Under the pieces are notes generated by a model. It was given only the letters and a program-made list of their open reading frames with translations, had not been told where the DNA came from and did not search any database. A DNA stretch of 64,000 bases, taken from an uncultured Actinomycetes bacterium. GTDB taxonomy: Bacteria > Actinomycetota > Thermoleophilia > RBG-16-64-13. The position numbers and the translations under genes were made by a program. Shown in pieces: positions 62,069-64,000 of this stretch; within the stretch, counting starts at the first letter, position 1, and every line of letters starts with the position of its first letter. The stretch covers positions 190,944-254,943 of the forward strand of contig CAWJDT010000005.1 of NCBI GenBank assembly GCA_963841735.1, written 5' to 3'.

Positions 62069-64000
62069 GCAGTCTTCTTCCGCTCACCGTTTGAGTGCCA
62101 GGCGAAGCCGCTGAGGTCGCGAACGGAACCGATTGTTGTGAGCAGCTGCGCGTTAGCAATGACCCGCTCGTCGTTCAGCGACAGCTTGATTCCGGCTTCG
62201 CTCATCCGCCGTATCTTCGACGCTGCTGAGCCAAGAGCATCCGACCTGGCGGCCGGGCGCGTTCCTTCATCCTTCCGGCAGACGACTATGGCGTCAATCT
62301 GAATGGGGCTCTTCGCCTGCGACTTCGGAGTCGCCCCGGACATCTCGGACTTGACGGGATGAGCATTGACGACGACGAAGCCGGATTCGACCACGGCCCT
62401 CGCTACGGAGTCCCATCCTTCGTCTCGCGAATGATGGTAGGTGAAAACCAGGAGCCCCGAAGGCTTCAAGACACGATGGCACTCGCGAAAGACGGAGGCC
62501 AGCTTATGGCTAAACAATGTCGCTTGCGCGTCTTGGACTTCCCCGGCGGAACGAGTGCTGCCGGATTCCTTGACGAAGCCTCGCGGAGTCAGTTGTTGCC
62601 AGGCATAGAAGAAATCGGCGAGTTCGGAATAGTGCACGTTATCGAAGAAGGGCGGATCGGTCACGACGAGGTCAATACTGCTGGCAGGAAAGCCGGTTTC
62701 GCTGGAATCGCCGCACGAAAGATAGATCGCTCGTCCGCTCCTGTCGCCGTTAAGGGGAGTGTCCATGTGGACTTGTCCAGCAAAGGCCGCCGAACACTGC
62801 ACTGCCTGGCCACTGCTAGAACCAACGATCTCCAAGGGATTGCGCCGGTAACTGATCGCTTTCAGCAGACGACCAGCGAACAAGCCCGAAAAGCTTCCGG
62901 AACTCTTCGAGGTTCCCCATATGTTGGCCTCAATTGGTGTTCGTTCCGGCTTCAAGATGTGATGAGAGAACATATGTCGGACTGCGCCGGTGCCTTCGCC
63001 CTTGTATGAGGCGAACATGTTGTTGAATTCGAGAGCGCCGGAGAACAAGAGCAACAGGGCATCTCTCGATTCGGTGTCTTTCACTTCGGAAATGGCCCGA
63101 TGCAGCTTCGCGAGTCCCAGCAGTTGCCGATCGTTGTGGAAGTCTCGCCAGCGCTTGAACCCGTAACTAATGGCCTGACGGGTATTGTTGCCATCCGCGA
63201 GTTCCAACGAGGGAACGGATAGAGCACCTTGCTCCAATTCTCGCTTCAGCTCGCTGGAGCATTCCTCGTAGCGCGCCAGATCCTGCGCGTTTGCGGCCAA
63301 GTACTCCTTGCGTCCCTCCCGCGTCAGGACGAGCTTGGCATACAAGCGAAACGACGACGGAGCCTCCCCAGATAGCGTGTCAAGCACTCGAAAGTCGTTG
63401 CGGCAAGAAGGGCAAGTGGCCGAGCGACCGTTCACAACGCCAACGTCCTGGTTGAAGTCGTGTCCGCAGCGATCGCAAGTCGCGTCCGGCTGATCGTATC
63501 TGCCCTCAAAGATTTGGTCGCATTTCGGGCAAAGCACTTGGACTTCTGGCTTTCGACGCGGATAGGCGTTCCGCGCAAATACCCAAGAGGAAAAGAGATC
63601 AACAGTGCTTCGACAGGTTGGACAGCCGGCCTGCATCACCCAGAAGTAGTAGAGAACCTCGCACTGTTCGCCCCTGCTGTCTTCCGAGGCGTACATAGCG
63701 CGAAGCTCTTCACCAACAGAGGCTGAGAGCGAATCAAAGGCTCTTCGCAGCTTGATTTCGTCCAGCCCACCCAATGCCACTCGCACTGCCTCAGCCGCCA
63801 CCGGGTTGATGTCGCGACCTACTGCGGTGAGCCCGAGCTTGTGAGCTTCTCCGATTGTAGTTCCAGACCCCATGAAAGGGTCAAAGGCAGTAACGCCTGC
63901 GTAGTCTTGCCTGCGATAGAACTCGCTCCGCAAGTCGCTATCGGCCGGAAGGAGGCAGCCGAGAAGGATTCCCCGGAACACGGAACCGAGCCTTTTCGCC
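62065..64000 (-). CDS. DNA methyltransferase (N6-adenine/N4-cytosine class) with inserted multi-CxxC zinc-ribbon region; 5' end lies beyond the window
   Basis: AdoMet motif I DPFMGSGTTIGEAHKLGLTAVGRDINP; catalytic motif IV DLVVTDPPFFDNV; four CxxC pairs between them (CPTC...CPKC...CDRC...CPSC). No stop upstream before position 64000. Confidence 0.7.
   Translation of the reverse strand, partial: AKRLGSVFRGILLGCLLPADSDLRSEFYRRQDYAGVTAFDPFMGSGTTIGEAHKLGLTAVGRDINPVAAEAVRVALGGLDEIKLRRAFDSLSASVGEELRAMYASEDSRGEQCEVLYYFWVMQAGCPTCRSTVDLFSSWVFARNAYPRRKPEVQVLCPKCDQIFEGRYDQPDATCDRCGHDFNQDVGVVNGRSATCPSCRNDFRVLDTLSGEAPSSFRLYAKLVLTREGRKEYLAANAQDLARYEECSSELKRELEQGALSVPSLELADGNNTRQAISYGFKRWRDFHNDRQLLGLAKLHRAISEVKDTESRDALLLLFSGALEFNNMFASYKGEGTGAVRHMFSHHILKPERTPIEANIWGTSKSSGSFSGLFAGRLLKAISYRRNPLEIVGSSSGQAVQCSAAFAGQVHMDTPLNGDRSGRAIYLSCGDSSETGFPASSIDLVVTDPPFFDNVHYSELADFFYAWQQLTPRGFVKESGSTRSAGEVQDAQATLFSHKLASVFRECHRVLKPSGLLVFTYHHSRDEGWDSVARAVVESGFVVVNAHPVKSEMSGATPKSQAKSPIQIDAIVVCRKDEGTRPAARSDALGSAASKIRRMSEAGIKLSLNDERVIANAQLLTTIGSVRDLSGFAWHSNGERKKTA

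Overview
High-GC (~65%) bacterial chromosomal segment in which almost every gene lies on the minus strand. Genes are listed left to right.

Core region (1-27.4 kb): a truncated PucR-family regulator; a cytochrome-b561-like membrane protein with a repetitive Thr/Pro-rich N-terminus; an OmpR/histidine-kinase two-component system directly downstream of amt-glnK; an AbiEi/AbiEii type IV toxin-antitoxin pair with a third co-transcribed gene; a DUF1385 protein with Ala/Gly inserts; an MFS transporter; an HD-GYP phosphodiesterase whose N-terminal membrane part is split over three frames; an IS481-family insertion beside a ~0.8 kb AT-rich non-coding stretch; a large surface protein (9 propeller-like repeats plus 3 CW_binding_2 repeats); an L,D-transpeptidase; a CHRD protein; a GH3 beta-glucosidase pseudogene (frameshift plus in-frame TGA); and a frameshifted iron-sulfur flavoprotein.

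Duplicated clusters (27.4-45.9 kb): two paralogous six-gene clusters of a family-5 solute-binding protein, two permeases, two ATPases (Dpp/Opp-like importer) and a terminal cytoplasmic alpha/beta-hydrolase-RCC1 fusion protein. They are followed by two paralogous LysR regulators and carry conserved T-N11-A palindromes in their promoters.

45.9-52.4 kb: a lipoprotein plus zinc-ribbon membrane protein pair, PlsC plus a GT4 glycosyltransferase, and a WG-repeat gene interrupted by an in-frame TAA.

Defence-type island (~52.4-64 kb, lower GC ~50-58%): a large wHTH/Zn-ribbon/PD-(D/E)xK-like protein; a prepilin-N-terminus plus FGE-sulfatase-like protein; an orphan hypothetical; an OLD-family ATPase-Toprim nuclease; and a tightly coupled operon of a Zn-ribbon DNA methyltransferase, a 4TM membrane protein and two tandem CD-NTase/SMODS-like nucleotidyltransferases. 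This last operon is the most likely novel system in the window.
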